Source: Minisyncoccota bacterium
Lineage (GTDB): Bacteria; Patescibacteriota; Minisyncoccia; Phycocordibacterales; PALSA-1337
Reading direction: 5' to 3'
DNA: 64,000 nt
NCBI GenBank assembly: GCA_041662725.1
Contig: JBAZRX010000001.1
Location: 85-64,084 of the forward strand
Below are positions 1 through 8,867 of this stretch, in pieces (position 1 is the first letter of the stretch; each line of letters begins with the position of its first letter). The notes beneath the pieces are model-generated. The model ran no database searches. It worked only from the letters and a program-made list of their open reading frames with translations, and had not been told where the DNA came from. A program made the position numbers and the translations under genes.

Positions 1-144
1 AAAACCGTTATCCACAGTTACTGCTTGCAGGTTTTTATCGGTAACATAGATATGGCTACAGAGGATAATCGTCGTAAAGATGCTTATTTGTTAACCAAAG
101 GCTACCGATAATGGTGGCTTTTTTTATACTTAAACAAGGATTAA

Positions 145-1059
145 TCAAAACGCAAAAGAAAAATAGCTCGTAACCTCATAGAATTGACTATGCAAAATCT
201 CGCCAGCATTGGTGTGATAGATCAAATCAAAATCGTCTATACCTTTTTTCTCCATAACCATAAGCAGTGCAATGATCGATGGTGGCGAATCTACATATGC
301 ACTATTTAAATTAATTATTTTTTCATAATCCTTAGCTCTCATAAGTTTCAGTGTGATCTCATCATTTATTTCAGCCTGACTTTTATCTTGATAATGAGAA
401 AAATCCATTGAAGCCAATATCACCGTCTTTTTATTTATTCTTGGAACAAGAGTTTCGACCATATTTTTTATTTGTTCCATTTCAAGATTTCCTGAAAGAA
501 TTATTGGAACAACTTTAGCATCAGGAATATAATATTTTATGAATGGCACAATACTTCCAATGGAATGCTCCTTATCAAGTACTTCTTCGTCAAGATAAAG
601 TATTTTCTTATCATTTAATTCTCTAACAAACTCAATATCCGGCTCAACAATCCCAAAAGGAGTTTCCCAGCCAGAAGTACTAGATAAAATCGGTTCTTCA
701 CCAAGTTCATAATGGTTAGGACCAATAAGAATTATTGTCTCTGGTTTTTGTTTCGCCAAATTTTTGAAAAAATCAGCAATAATGAAACTCGGCAACAAAT
801 GATGAGGAACTACCCCACCGATAATCGGCTTGGGGTAGTTTTTATCACTATATTTAACTTTCTCAATCGCATCTGTAAAAGTTGAAGAATCGAAGAAATA
901 AGCTTGATGGGTAGATGAGGCAATAGATTTATTAAGATTTTCTTCCTTAAACTTAACCTCTGTTGTTGGATAGACTACAAATATAAAAATAATGCAGATC
1001 AAAATACTAAATAGTATTTTATACGCGAGATGATATTTTTTTATATTTATCATATCCAT
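145..1059 (-). CDS. AmmeMemoRadiSam system protein B / MEMO1-family protein with N-terminal membrane anchor
   Basis: Motifs GGVVPHH, IGPNH, WETPFG, EHS, ASMDFSHY; hydrophobic N-terminus; start overlaps the 3' end of the A2M gene. Confidence 0.85.
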   Translation of the reverse strand: MDMINIKKYHLAYKILFSILICIIFIFVVYPTTEVKFKEENLNKSIASSTHQAYFFDSSTFTDAIEKVKYSDKNYPKPIIGGVVPHHLLPSFIIADFFKNLAKQKPETIILIGPNHYELGEEPILSSTSGWETPFGIVEPDIEFVRELNDKKILYLDEEVLDKEHSIGSIVPFIKYYIPDAKVVPIILSGNLEMEQIKNMVETLVPRINKKTVILASMDFSHYQDKSQAEINDEITLKLMRAKDYEKIINLNSAYVDSPPSIIALLMVMEKKGIDDFDLIYHTNAGEILHSQFYEVTSYFSFAF

Positions 1060-4000
1060 GTGTTATACCAGCAATAATCAACATTAACAGAATAATATAT
1101 CCCATAACTCTATATTTTGTCTGCATATCACTTACACCTGTTTGATCTCCCTGATTAAATACCGACTTTGATTTCTGTCCCGTAATAGTAACAACATCTG
1201 TTCCTGTACGACCGTTGATCTCTGGTTCGTACATGAGACTAGCACGTGCTGGTGGAACATTGAATGTCCCCCTAGACACAACTCTCGCCTGATAAGTTAA
1301 ATCCATAGTACTATTGTGGACATAAGAGAACGATGCAATAATTCCATTTTTTGTATATTCTCTATCACCTCCCCAGTAATAATACGAGGAAGGATTGTAA
1401 GCAGAAGATGATCTTTCGTTCTCAAAACTCTTATTTATCGGGACAAGTCCTGCTGGTAGTTCATCTTCAATCACAAGATATCGACTTTCAGGAGGAATAT
1501 TCAAAACCCGAATATTAATATCAACAACATCCCCTATCCCAAAACTACTACTATAAGTTCTCGTAATATCCAGACCGTTATTTTTAGAAGCCGAATCTTT
1601 ACCAGTTCTAAATTGATCAAATACAAATGTTGAATAGATTTGATTATCATTCAATGGTTCAATACGAAGTCTTGCACCATGTGTAAGAAGGTTTGGATCA
1701 ATAGAAATTGTTTTAGTATCAAATACTCCCTGAAGTGTTCCGCTGTCTATCATTTTTTCGCCAATCAAAACTTTGTAAGATGTACTACTTCCTTTACTAT
1801 ACTTTTTAGTAAATTCAAGAAGAGCGTCTATAGTTTGTGACGTAGCAAAAGTATTATGCCAATAATCAGATTTCCTTTCAGAAACAAGATATCTAGCGGC
1901 CCCAATCGTCATTTCTTCCGATGCACCAGCCTCAAGCAAAGCTCTCAGAGCCAAAGCTGTGGAAGCTTCACGAGACCCAAAGAATTTCCAAGTTCCAGCA
2001 TTCCAATACTTCTTACCATTTTCTTCATATGCAGTTTCCTGTAGAAGATCATAGCCATTGGTACTTCGATCTGTAAAACCGTTTCGAATATTAGACAATA
2101 ACCCTAAAGCTATTATATCTGGTGTTGAAGTACCAAAGTTTTTTATTTCTTCCTTTCCAAGTGGAGAATCGAGAAGTGACAAGGTATAAATGTAGCCAAT
2201 ACGTGTTATAGGATCACTAATCTTCGGTAACTCATTTTCAAATCGTGTTTTTGTTGATTCATACAAATCTCTTGGAACAACTGCACCTATTTTCTCAGCT
2301 CTCTTCAGATATTCGATAACATAACCAGTGATAAATGGGTTAACTTCTCCATACCACCATCCCCAACCACCTCGGCCATCTTTCAGAATGGATAACCTAT
2401 CTATTCCAGTTTTCATAAAACCCTGCAAATCCTTATCGCCAATTATTTTTCTGAAGATAGATTCATTTTCTTTGATAATCACCGCCGGCACAAAACGACT
2501 CGTGGTTTGTTCCACACATCCATATGGATATTGCAACAAATAATCAATAGCTGGAGGTAAAGTACCAAACAATGAGGCTGACAGATATAGATTGGCTTTT
2601 GATGATGAAGCATTCGTATCTGGGAATCGAATCGTATCGTAAATCACATTACCCTCTCCAACAAACGAAGTCCTCTCATTAAAACCAAATTCTTGTACAG
2701 GAATCTTTACACTCACAATATCTTTTTCTTCAGGATTATTATTGGACTGTAAACTTGTTTTAACTTCAGCAATTCCAGGTTTAAGAACATTCAATTTCCA
2801 TAAAGTTTCAACGAAACTATTATTATCAATAATAAGAGATACTGTTTTATTACCAATCACACTGCCTCCCATGAAAGACAGAGCATTTTCGAATTGTTTA
2901 CTTGATCCAGTAAAGTTATGAGAGAGAGTGGATATAGTCACATCATCTCCAATTCTCAGAATATTAGGAAGGATCGGACGAACTATTACGGATTTTGTTA
3001 CAAGCAAATCAGTAGCATTTTCACCGACTTTAGTATCGTAAGTCACGGCCAAACCTTGGACTAACCAAGTAGTCAAATTGTCTGGTAATACAAATCTTAC
3101 AACGGCATTACCATTTGCATCTGTTTGTATTTGAGGATTCCAATATGCTACATCAGCGAAACTATCCCTTACACTTCCCCCATCACCTTTTTGGTTGTGA
3201 ACATATATGTTACCAGCAAAATATGTTGCCTTGTTTTCTACTGTGAGATTATAAACCGCTGTTTTACCAGCTTGCCACTCGATTGAATTTACTTTTACTT
3301 CTTTGTTATTTTTATCAATCAATAAATCACCAATCTGGATATTCCCCACATCTTTCCAGCTATTATTAACCCACACACGATGCTCTGGAGTAACTTTTAT
3401 ATTGCCATTCAATATCAAATAACCATCCGTAATTATTGAATGAACTTTTTTTACAGTAGCTTTTACTAATGTTGGATCAATTTCACTCCTTCTGGTCAAA
3501 ACCTGATCGCCAACTTTAATATCTTTTATCTGTTTTAGACCATTTGGTGTAAGTATCAAAGTTTCTCCAACAAAACATCCTTTTTCAGCTCCGCCACTTG
3601 ATGTAATCCCTTCAAATGAATTTTTATAGCTTGTAGAATTATATCTCTTACCCCAAAACACATCTATAATTTTGGCCCTCTGTTCGCTTATAAGCTCATA
3701 GAGTGATTTATCAACAGCCCATACAGCAACTTCAGAAGAGATTGGCAAACCGGAAGAATCAGTAGTTTTTATCCGAAGCTCCACAGTTTCTCCTGGAGCA
3801 TACTTTTTAGCACCTGGAATAATAGATACATTTATTTCTTTACTACTCTTACTGAGAGTTACTGCTTTTGATGAGGAATTGAATAAATGATTTCCTTTAG
3901 TTGTAAAAGTAGAGGCAGATACAAAAACATTTGGCAGATCAGTATTGAATGTAGGGACATAGATTGTACTTGTATATCCAGGAACTGATGTTACAAAATA

Positions 4001-6004
4001 TCTTCTGACCCTATCACGTTCAATAGTTATTAAGACATCCTTATTAGGATCTCCTAGAGAGATGTTTACAGGAACATTCTCGCCAGGAGAAAATTCTCTA
4101 TCCTGTGCTTTCAACGTAACAACTCCAGAACTGTTCTCGGTGTAATAAGGCACATTCTCTTTTGTAATCCATAAAGATAATTTCTTTTCATAAATATTAC
4201 CTTGTCGATCAGAAACTTTAAGATACAAACTATGACTACCTGTTTTCTGAGGAACGTACACTACTACCGCTTCACCTTTGTCATTTGTAGTAACAGAAAA
4301 GTTTGGTAGGTTTTCCTCAACAAAATGATAATTATAATAACCTTGTGAATTTAAAAGATTTTTATCATCTCTTAACCACTCTCCACGAATTGGAAACACA
4401 GAAATATTTACATTAGAAACTGGAGCATCAGAGTGAGATAGAAGCGTTAGTGGTATTGATATTGATTGCTCAGCTTTTGCATAATATTCGTAGTTACCAG
4501 CACGGATACTATATTCATTTCCTCGTAGCAAAATATTTTTACTAGCTCTAACAGGATTACCACTCTGATCTTGATAACTCGCTTCCACAGAAATAATAGA
4601 AAAGGCATCTCTAGGAAGCATATACGTACCAAAAACAATTTCAGCTTCACCTTTATCATTCAATTCAATCTCTTCATTTTTGATTTCATTTTTTCCGTAA
4701 TAATACCCGCTATAACCATATTTTTTGTAATATTCTAAATTCTCCTCTGTGTAATATTGATTCGCAGAATATTTGACTGAATATTTAACTTTTCCACCAG
4801 AGATTGCTTGACCAGAAAAATACTTACCAGAAAAATGAAGTGAGACGTTTTCTCCTTGTAAAAATTCATCTTTTTCTACATTAATGTCTAAATTATATTC
4901 AGGTTTTCGATAATATTCGACATTAAAATCTGTAACTGTACGTAAATACCATTCCCTATCAGATGTTTCGCCTATATTTACTGATATTTGGTAGGTTCCA
5001 GGACGTGCAGTATTTTCAAGACTGTATTCACCAGATATTGTCCCATTAGCAGAAATTGGATATTTCTTCTCAAATAACAGATTCGTCGAATTGTAATCCT
5101 TATACACCTTTACTGTAACCAATCCAGTAGGAATACTATACTCCGCATTGTCATCATTTCGAATAATTGCTTTAAAATAAACTTTATCACCGGGAGTATA
5201 GAGAGGTCGATCTGTAAAAAGTAAGTACTTTGTATTTACCTTGGAAGTACTGAAGTTTTGGTAATTATAATAATCACTCGGTAGATTCAATATTATCAAC
5301 GTCTGACCTTCTGATGAATTTACAAACCCAACATCGGCATTTACTGATTGTAATGTTTTTGCAATCCCGTCTGAATCTATTGGCGAACTAGAAAGATAAG
5401 TAGGTTTATCTTTGAGACTAAATATTTCAATGCTTCCAGAATTAACTTTTTTCCCTGTAACTATGTTTTGAGTCCATAAAATAATTTCCTTATTACCTTC
5501 TCTGGCCATAGTACCGATCGATGTACGTACCACAGCTGAAAATGTTTGTTCACCATCTGAACTGTATGCCCGCAAAAGCCAAAAACCAACTCCTTCTATC
5601 GGTAACAATGTTTTTTCTCCTATCCCCTTAGTATCAATTGTCACAATTTTTTTCAACTTAGAAACATCCGGAACATTCGCTATGTACTTTTCACTATTAT
5701 CAACCTTATATGTCAAAAAATTCAAAAATTCATCTTTTGAAAAATTATAAACATCTATTTTTACATCTCGTTTAACATCATCATAAGCAGAAATCTTTAT
5801 TGATGGCTCTTGATGTGTCCCCCATACAATCAATCTGCGACTTGAATATTGACCTTCAACAGCATCAACAATACCAATTTTTCTATAAGTATTATCTGCT
5901 GAAACATAATGACTAGAATTTAACAACACCACTATTGCAGTTGTAATCAATAAAACCACCGCAATAACTTTTGAAAGTCTATTCAAATTCACATTTTTGG
6001 GCAT
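1019..6004 (-). CDS. Alpha-2-macroglobulin family protein (MG domains, thioester domain) with inserted Hint domain and C-terminal TM helix
   Basis: FTDRPLYTPGD (MG2), WAVDKSL, AYWNP...LPDNLTTW, thioester YPYGCVEQ, EDELPAGL, PPARASLMYEP; N-terminal signal/anchor and C-terminal hydrophobic helix followed by basic residues. Confidence 0.93.
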   Translation of the reverse strand: MPKNVNLNRLSKVIAVVLLITTAIVVLLNSSHYVSADNTYRKIGIVDAVEGQYSSRRLIVWGTHQEPSIKISAYDDVKRDVKIDVYNFSKDEFLNFLTYKVDNSEKYIANVPDVSKLKKIVTIDTKGIGEKTLLPIEGVGFWLLRAYSSDGEQTFSAVVRTSIGTMAREGNKEIILWTQNIVTGKKVNSGSIEIFSLKDKPTYLSSSPIDSDGIAKTLQSVNADVGFVNSSEGQTLIILNLPSDYYNYQNFSTSKVNTKYLLFTDRPLYTPGDKVYFKAIIRNDDNAEYSIPTGLVTVKVYKDYNSTNLLFEKKYPISANGTISGEYSLENTARPGTYQISVNIGETSDREWYLRTVTDFNVEYYRKPEYNLDINVEKDEFLQGENVSLHFSGKYFSGQAISGGKVKYSVKYSANQYYTEENLEYYKKYGYSGYYYGKNEIKNEEIELNDKGEAEIVFGTYMLPRDAFSIISVEASYQDQSGNPVRASKNILLRGNEYSIRAGNYEYYAKAEQSISIPLTLLSHSDAPVSNVNISVFPIRGEWLRDDKNLLNSQGYYNYHFVEENLPNFSVTTNDKGEAVVVYVPQKTGSHSLYLKVSDRQGNIYEKKLSLWITKENVPYYTENSSGVVTLKAQDREFSPGENVPVNISLGDPNKDVLITIERDRVRRYFVTSVPGYTSTIYVPTFNTDLPNVFVSASTFTTKGNHLFNSSSKAVTLSKSSKEINVSIIPGAKKYAPGETVELRIKTTDSSGLPISSEVAVWAVDKSLYELISEQRAKIIDVFWGKRYNSTSYKNSFEGITSSGGAEKGCFVGETLILTPNGLKQIKDIKVGDQVLTRRSEIDPTLVKATVKKVHSIITDGYLILNGNIKVTPEHRVWVNNSWKDVGNIQIGDLLIDKNNKEVKVNSIEWQAGKTAVYNLTVENKATYFAGNIYVHNQKGDGGSVRDSFADVAYWNPQIQTDANGNAVVRFVLPDNLTTWLVQGLAVTYDTKVGENATDLLVTKSVIVRPILPNILRIGDDVTISTLSHNFTGSSKQFENALSFMGGSVIGNKTVSLIIDNNSFVETLWKLNVLKPGIAEVKTSLQSNNNPEEKDIVSVKIPVQEFGFNERTSFVGEGNVIYDTIRFPDTNASSSKANLYLSASLFGTLPPAIDYLLQYPYGCVEQTTSRFVPAVIIKENESIFRKIIGDKDLQGFMKTGIDRLSILKDGRGGWGWWYGEVNPFITGYVIEYLKRAEKIGAVVPRDLYESTKTRFENELPKISDPITRIGYIYTLSLLDSPLGKEEIKNFGTSTPDIIALGLLSNIRNGFTDRSTNGYDLLQETAYEENGKKYWNAGTWKFFGSREASTALALRALLEAGASEEMTIGAARYLVSERKSDYWHNTFATSQTIDALLEFTKKYSKGSSTSYKVLIGEKMIDSGTLQGVFDTKTISIDPNLLTHGARLRIEPLNDNQIYSTFVFDQFRTGKDSASKNNGLDITRTYSSSFGIGDVVDINIRVLNIPPESRYLVIEDELPAGLVPINKSFENERSSSAYNPSSYYYWGGDREYTKNGIIASFSYVHNSTMDLTYQARVVSRGTFNVPPARASLMYEPEINGRTGTDVVTITGQKSKSVFNQGDQTGVSDMQTKYRVMGYIILLMLIIAGITHGYDKYKKISSRV
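3194..3577 (-). other. Hint / bacterial intein-like (BIL, A-type-like) domain, 128 aa, residues 810-937 of the A2M
   Basis: Block A CFVGETLILTPNG, block B VTPEH (TxxH), block F/G VYNLTVE...YFAGNIYVHN; +1 residue Gln; no homing endonuclease. Confidence 0.9.
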
Positions 6005-6094
6005 AAAAATAATTTATCGTCTAGTAATATAGGCATTATACAACAAAGAAACAAGAAGAGTTTTGCGAATCAGAGATAAATTCCCTGTGGTAAC

Positions 6095-6559
6095 TTACCT
6101 CACCAACGATAAATCACCGTTAACAATTACAGGTTTCATTCCTATAATTTCTTGTTTATAAGTAAGTTCTGATGATATTGAATTTAATATGTATATTTTC
6201 TTCCTGAGATAAAAAGCAACACCAATCTCAATCAAAGTGTTACCACCAACATATCCGCTAATACCTCTTTTATCGGGATTGATAACCAAGATCCCATCAC
6301 ACCAATCAATCTTCTCGTAATGATCTCTGATAGCCCCTTCTTTGAGATCCCAGATCTTGTGTCCTATCGGAAATCCGTCAATACCGCCATTCTGTTCGAT
6401 ATATTGACCAAAATAGACTTTTTTACCACCACCAAATTCTGGCGGAACTTCTAAAGCAAGTTCAGGTATTTTCACTTCAAAACCACGTTTGACTAACTCA
6501 TCCCTAGCTTGTTCCATTTCTTTATAAAAACCAATACTGCCACAAATTGTTATTTTCAT
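6095..6559 (-). CDS. Conserved hypothetical protein (nucleoside 2-deoxyribosyltransferase-like fold)
   Basis: MKITICGS start, DGILVIN...GYVGGNTLIEIGVAFYLRKKIY pattern; ATG at 6559 preferred over the longer ORF. Confidence 0.55.
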   Translation of the reverse strand: MKITICGSIGFYKEMEQARDELVKRGFEVKIPELALEVPPEFGGGKKVYFGQYIEQNGGIDGFPIGHKIWDLKEGAIRDHYEKIDWCDGILVINPDKRGISGYVGGNTLIEIGVAFYLRKKIYILNSISSELTYKQEIIGMKPVIVNGDLSLVR

Positions 6560-6570
6560 AATTTTATTTA

Positions 6571-7038
6571 TTAGATTATCTTTAATTCTTTTAACCAATC
6601 ATACCAGACCGGCTCCAAACCTGGCGACTCTTCCCACTCATTTTGCTTGATATCTCCACTAAGATATCTTTCGGTTTTATCTGCAAGTAATTTCAAATCA
6701 TCAGATGAATAAAATCCCGCTTGCTTCGTTTCATCTTCGCTCCTTTTTACCTCTCCGCTAGTTTCAACTTTATATATTTTCCAATAATGCCAACTACCAC
6801 CTTCCCGACGACACGGATTTTCTTTTCGACCTTCAATCAATAATTCAATATTTTTTGAATCTAATCCAACTTCTTCTTTGAGCTCACGTTCTGCGGAATG
6901 TTCAAAGGAACTATCTAGATCGAGATGACCAGCTGGAGGTGCAAAACCAAATGGCGGTCTTTTTCTTTCGATCAGCAGTAACTTCCCATCTTTCCAGACC
7001 AACATCCCGACGCTCTTGTTGTCACATTTATTTGTCAT
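6571..7038 (-). CDS. NUDIX hydrolase
   Basis: Nudix box GHLD...AERELKEEVGL. Confidence 0.88.
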   Translation of the reverse strand: MTNKCDNKSVGMLVWKDGKLLLIERKRPPFGFAPPAGHLDLDSSFEHSAERELKEEVGLDSKNIELLIEGRKENPCRREGGSWHYWKIYKVETSGEVKRSEDETKQAGFYSSDDLKLLADKTERYLSGDIKQNEWEESPGLEPVWYDWLKELKII

Positions 7039-7178
7039 GTTATTTTAATTTCTTTACAAATTCTACTGGTGAAGAAATAATTTCCCTGAAAAGAATGTAA
7101 CTGCACAATAGCTGTTTTCATGATTGATAATTATACTACATCGATATAATAAATAACCCTAGACTTATGGCCTTTTTA

Positions 7179-8219
7179 TTACACAACTTTTCTTATTTTT
7201 TTTGAAGATGATTTTCTAACCTTTACACTTTCGATTGCTTTCAATGCAACTTCATCAAAATCGACATCTTGTTTGGCTTCTATCTGTTTATATTCATCAA
7301 ACTTTTTCTCTGCAATTTCCTTCATTAATTCATGAGAAATTCTACCAGCTGACTGCAAAATATCTCTCCCATTCAACTTCAAGAAACCATCCAGCTTTTC
7401 TATCCAATTTTTCATAGTCATAGGTATTCTACGACGAGCTTGTTCGGTAGCGAAAATCAGATACTGTTCAACAAGAGCGTTGAGTTGTGTTAATTCCTCA
7501 ATATTATAATAATTTTTAGCAATTATAACTTCTTCTTTTGTCGGTTTGGCTCCCCTCCAATTAGTAAGTCCTAAATTATTTTTACCACTATCAATCCTAC
7601 CAACAACAATTTCCGCCGCAGTGTTCCCTGTAACCGCATAATGTACTTTATTTTGTACTGTTTTAAAAAATAAAAGACTTTGATCATCTGTTGGATCATA
7701 ATCAACACTGGTTGCGTATATATCAGTAATCTTCCTGTAAAATCGCTTCTCAGAAGAGCGGATATCAGCAATCCTCTGTGTTAATTCTTCAAAATAATCA
7801 AATGGCAAGTCGGGATTTTTCAGGCGCTCATCATCCAGAACAAAGCCTTTGACTACATACTCACTAAGCCTAGCTGTTGCCCATTGGCGAAAAGCAGTAG
7901 CGACAGAACTTTTGACACGATAGCCTACAGAAATAATCATATCTAAATTATAGTACTCAACATCCCTAGAAACCGCTCTACTACCTTCTTTTTGAACTGT
8001 AAAGAATTTCTTTACAGTTGAATCTTCTGATAATTCTTTCTCCTCAATTACATTTTTTATATGCTGACCAATGTTTTGCTTCGTTGTTTGGAATAAGTCA
8101 GCTAAAGCATTTTGTGTCAACCACACCGTATCACCATCAAAACGAACATCGATTTTGACGTTTCCTTTTTGATCTTTATATATAACGATTTGTGAGTTGG
8201 AAGCTTTCATCCCTATCAT
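7179..8219 (-). CDS. RhuM-family protein
   Basis: TVWLTQNALADLF, YYNLDMIISVGYRVKS, FRQWAT, DIRSSEKRFY, VQNKVHYA motifs. Confidence 0.88.
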   Translation of the reverse strand: MIGMKASNSQIVIYKDQKGNVKIDVRFDGDTVWLTQNALADLFQTTKQNIGQHIKNVIEEKELSEDSTVKKFFTVQKEGSRAVSRDVEYYNLDMIISVGYRVKSSVATAFRQWATARLSEYVVKGFVLDDERLKNPDLPFDYFEELTQRIADIRSSEKRFYRKITDIYATSVDYDPTDDQSLLFFKTVQNKVHYAVTGNTAAEIVVGRIDSGKNNLGLTNWRGAKPTKEEVIIAKNYYNIEELTQLNALVEQYLIFATEQARRRIPMTMKNWIEKLDGFLKLNGRDILQSAGRISHELMKEIAEKKFDEYKQIEAKQDVDFDEVALKAIESVKVRKSSSKKIRKVV

Positions 8220-8345
8220 ATTACTCTGATTTATTTATTTTTCATCTTTACAATCTTGTCTAATCCAACTCAAATACAAAACCATTCCTACTCCAAAACC
8301 AAAGTGGTGGATGCATGTCGATAGATTGTTATCAATCCTCATATT

Positions 8346-8600
8346 TTACGACAAGTGTTTTGAAACCAACTTTGTCATTTCAAACATATTGACTACATCC
8401 TTACCTCCGAACACCTTCTTCAATGCTTCATCAGCATTAATATTGCGCTTATTCTTTGGATCCTGAAGATTCTTACCTTTAATGTATACCCAGATTTTCT
8501 TAACAACTTCCGATCTTGGCATAGGTCCAGGACCAATTACAACAGCCAAATCGGCGCTGATATTTAATGGCTTCATAAACGCAGAATTCTCTTTTGTCAT
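8346..8600 (-). CDS. SWIB/MDM2 domain protein
   Basis: FMKP...LAVVIG...PRSEVVKKIWVYIK...LQDPKNKRNINAD..LKKVFG...NMFEMTKLVSKHL. Confidence 0.9.
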   Translation of the reverse strand: MTKENSAFMKPLNISADLAVVIGPGPMPRSEVVKKIWVYIKGKNLQDPKNKRNINADEALKKVFGGKDVVNMFEMTKLVSKHLS

Positions 8601-8721
8601 ATTATTTAAAAAATTATTATTAAACTTTACCTAATAAACTATATCCTAACTAATACTAAACTCCTAATAGGCTTATTTCGTTATTTTGAAGAAATAAATT
8701 TTCTATTAAGGTACGGATCAT

Positions 8722-8814
8722 TGGCGGAGAGGGCGGGATTCGAACCCGCGAAGCCGTTTAACGGGCTTACCTCGTTAGCAGTGAGGCGCTTTCGACCAGC
8801 TCAGCCACCTCTCC
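8722..8814 (-). tRNA. tRNA-Ser(GCU), CCA encoded
   Basis: GGAGAGG/CCTCTCC acceptor stem, anticodon arm CCTCA-CTGCTAA-CGAGG, long variable arm, GGTTCGAATCC T-arm, 3' GCCA. Confidence 0.95.
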
Positions 8815-8867
8815 CCGATAGATTCATTCTTGCATAAAAACATTTATATTTCTAGTATAATAAACTT

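Noticed and set aside
1-130. oriC
   Set aside because: A single DnaA box at the window edge; no cluster and no dnaA/dnaN nearby
3194-3577. Canonical mobile intein with homing endonuclease
   Set aside because: Only 128 aa, no LAGLIDADG or HNH motifs, and the +1 residue is Gln; treated as a BIL-type Hint domain
7040-7125. Small ORF or gene remnant upstream of the NUDIX gene
   Set aside because: Short frames only (one ending IISSPVEFVKKLK); not enough support
145-8721. Integrated island at the tRNA-Ser 3' end
   Set aside because: Accessory-looking genes are present, but no integrase and no duplicated tRNA 3' end are visible in the window
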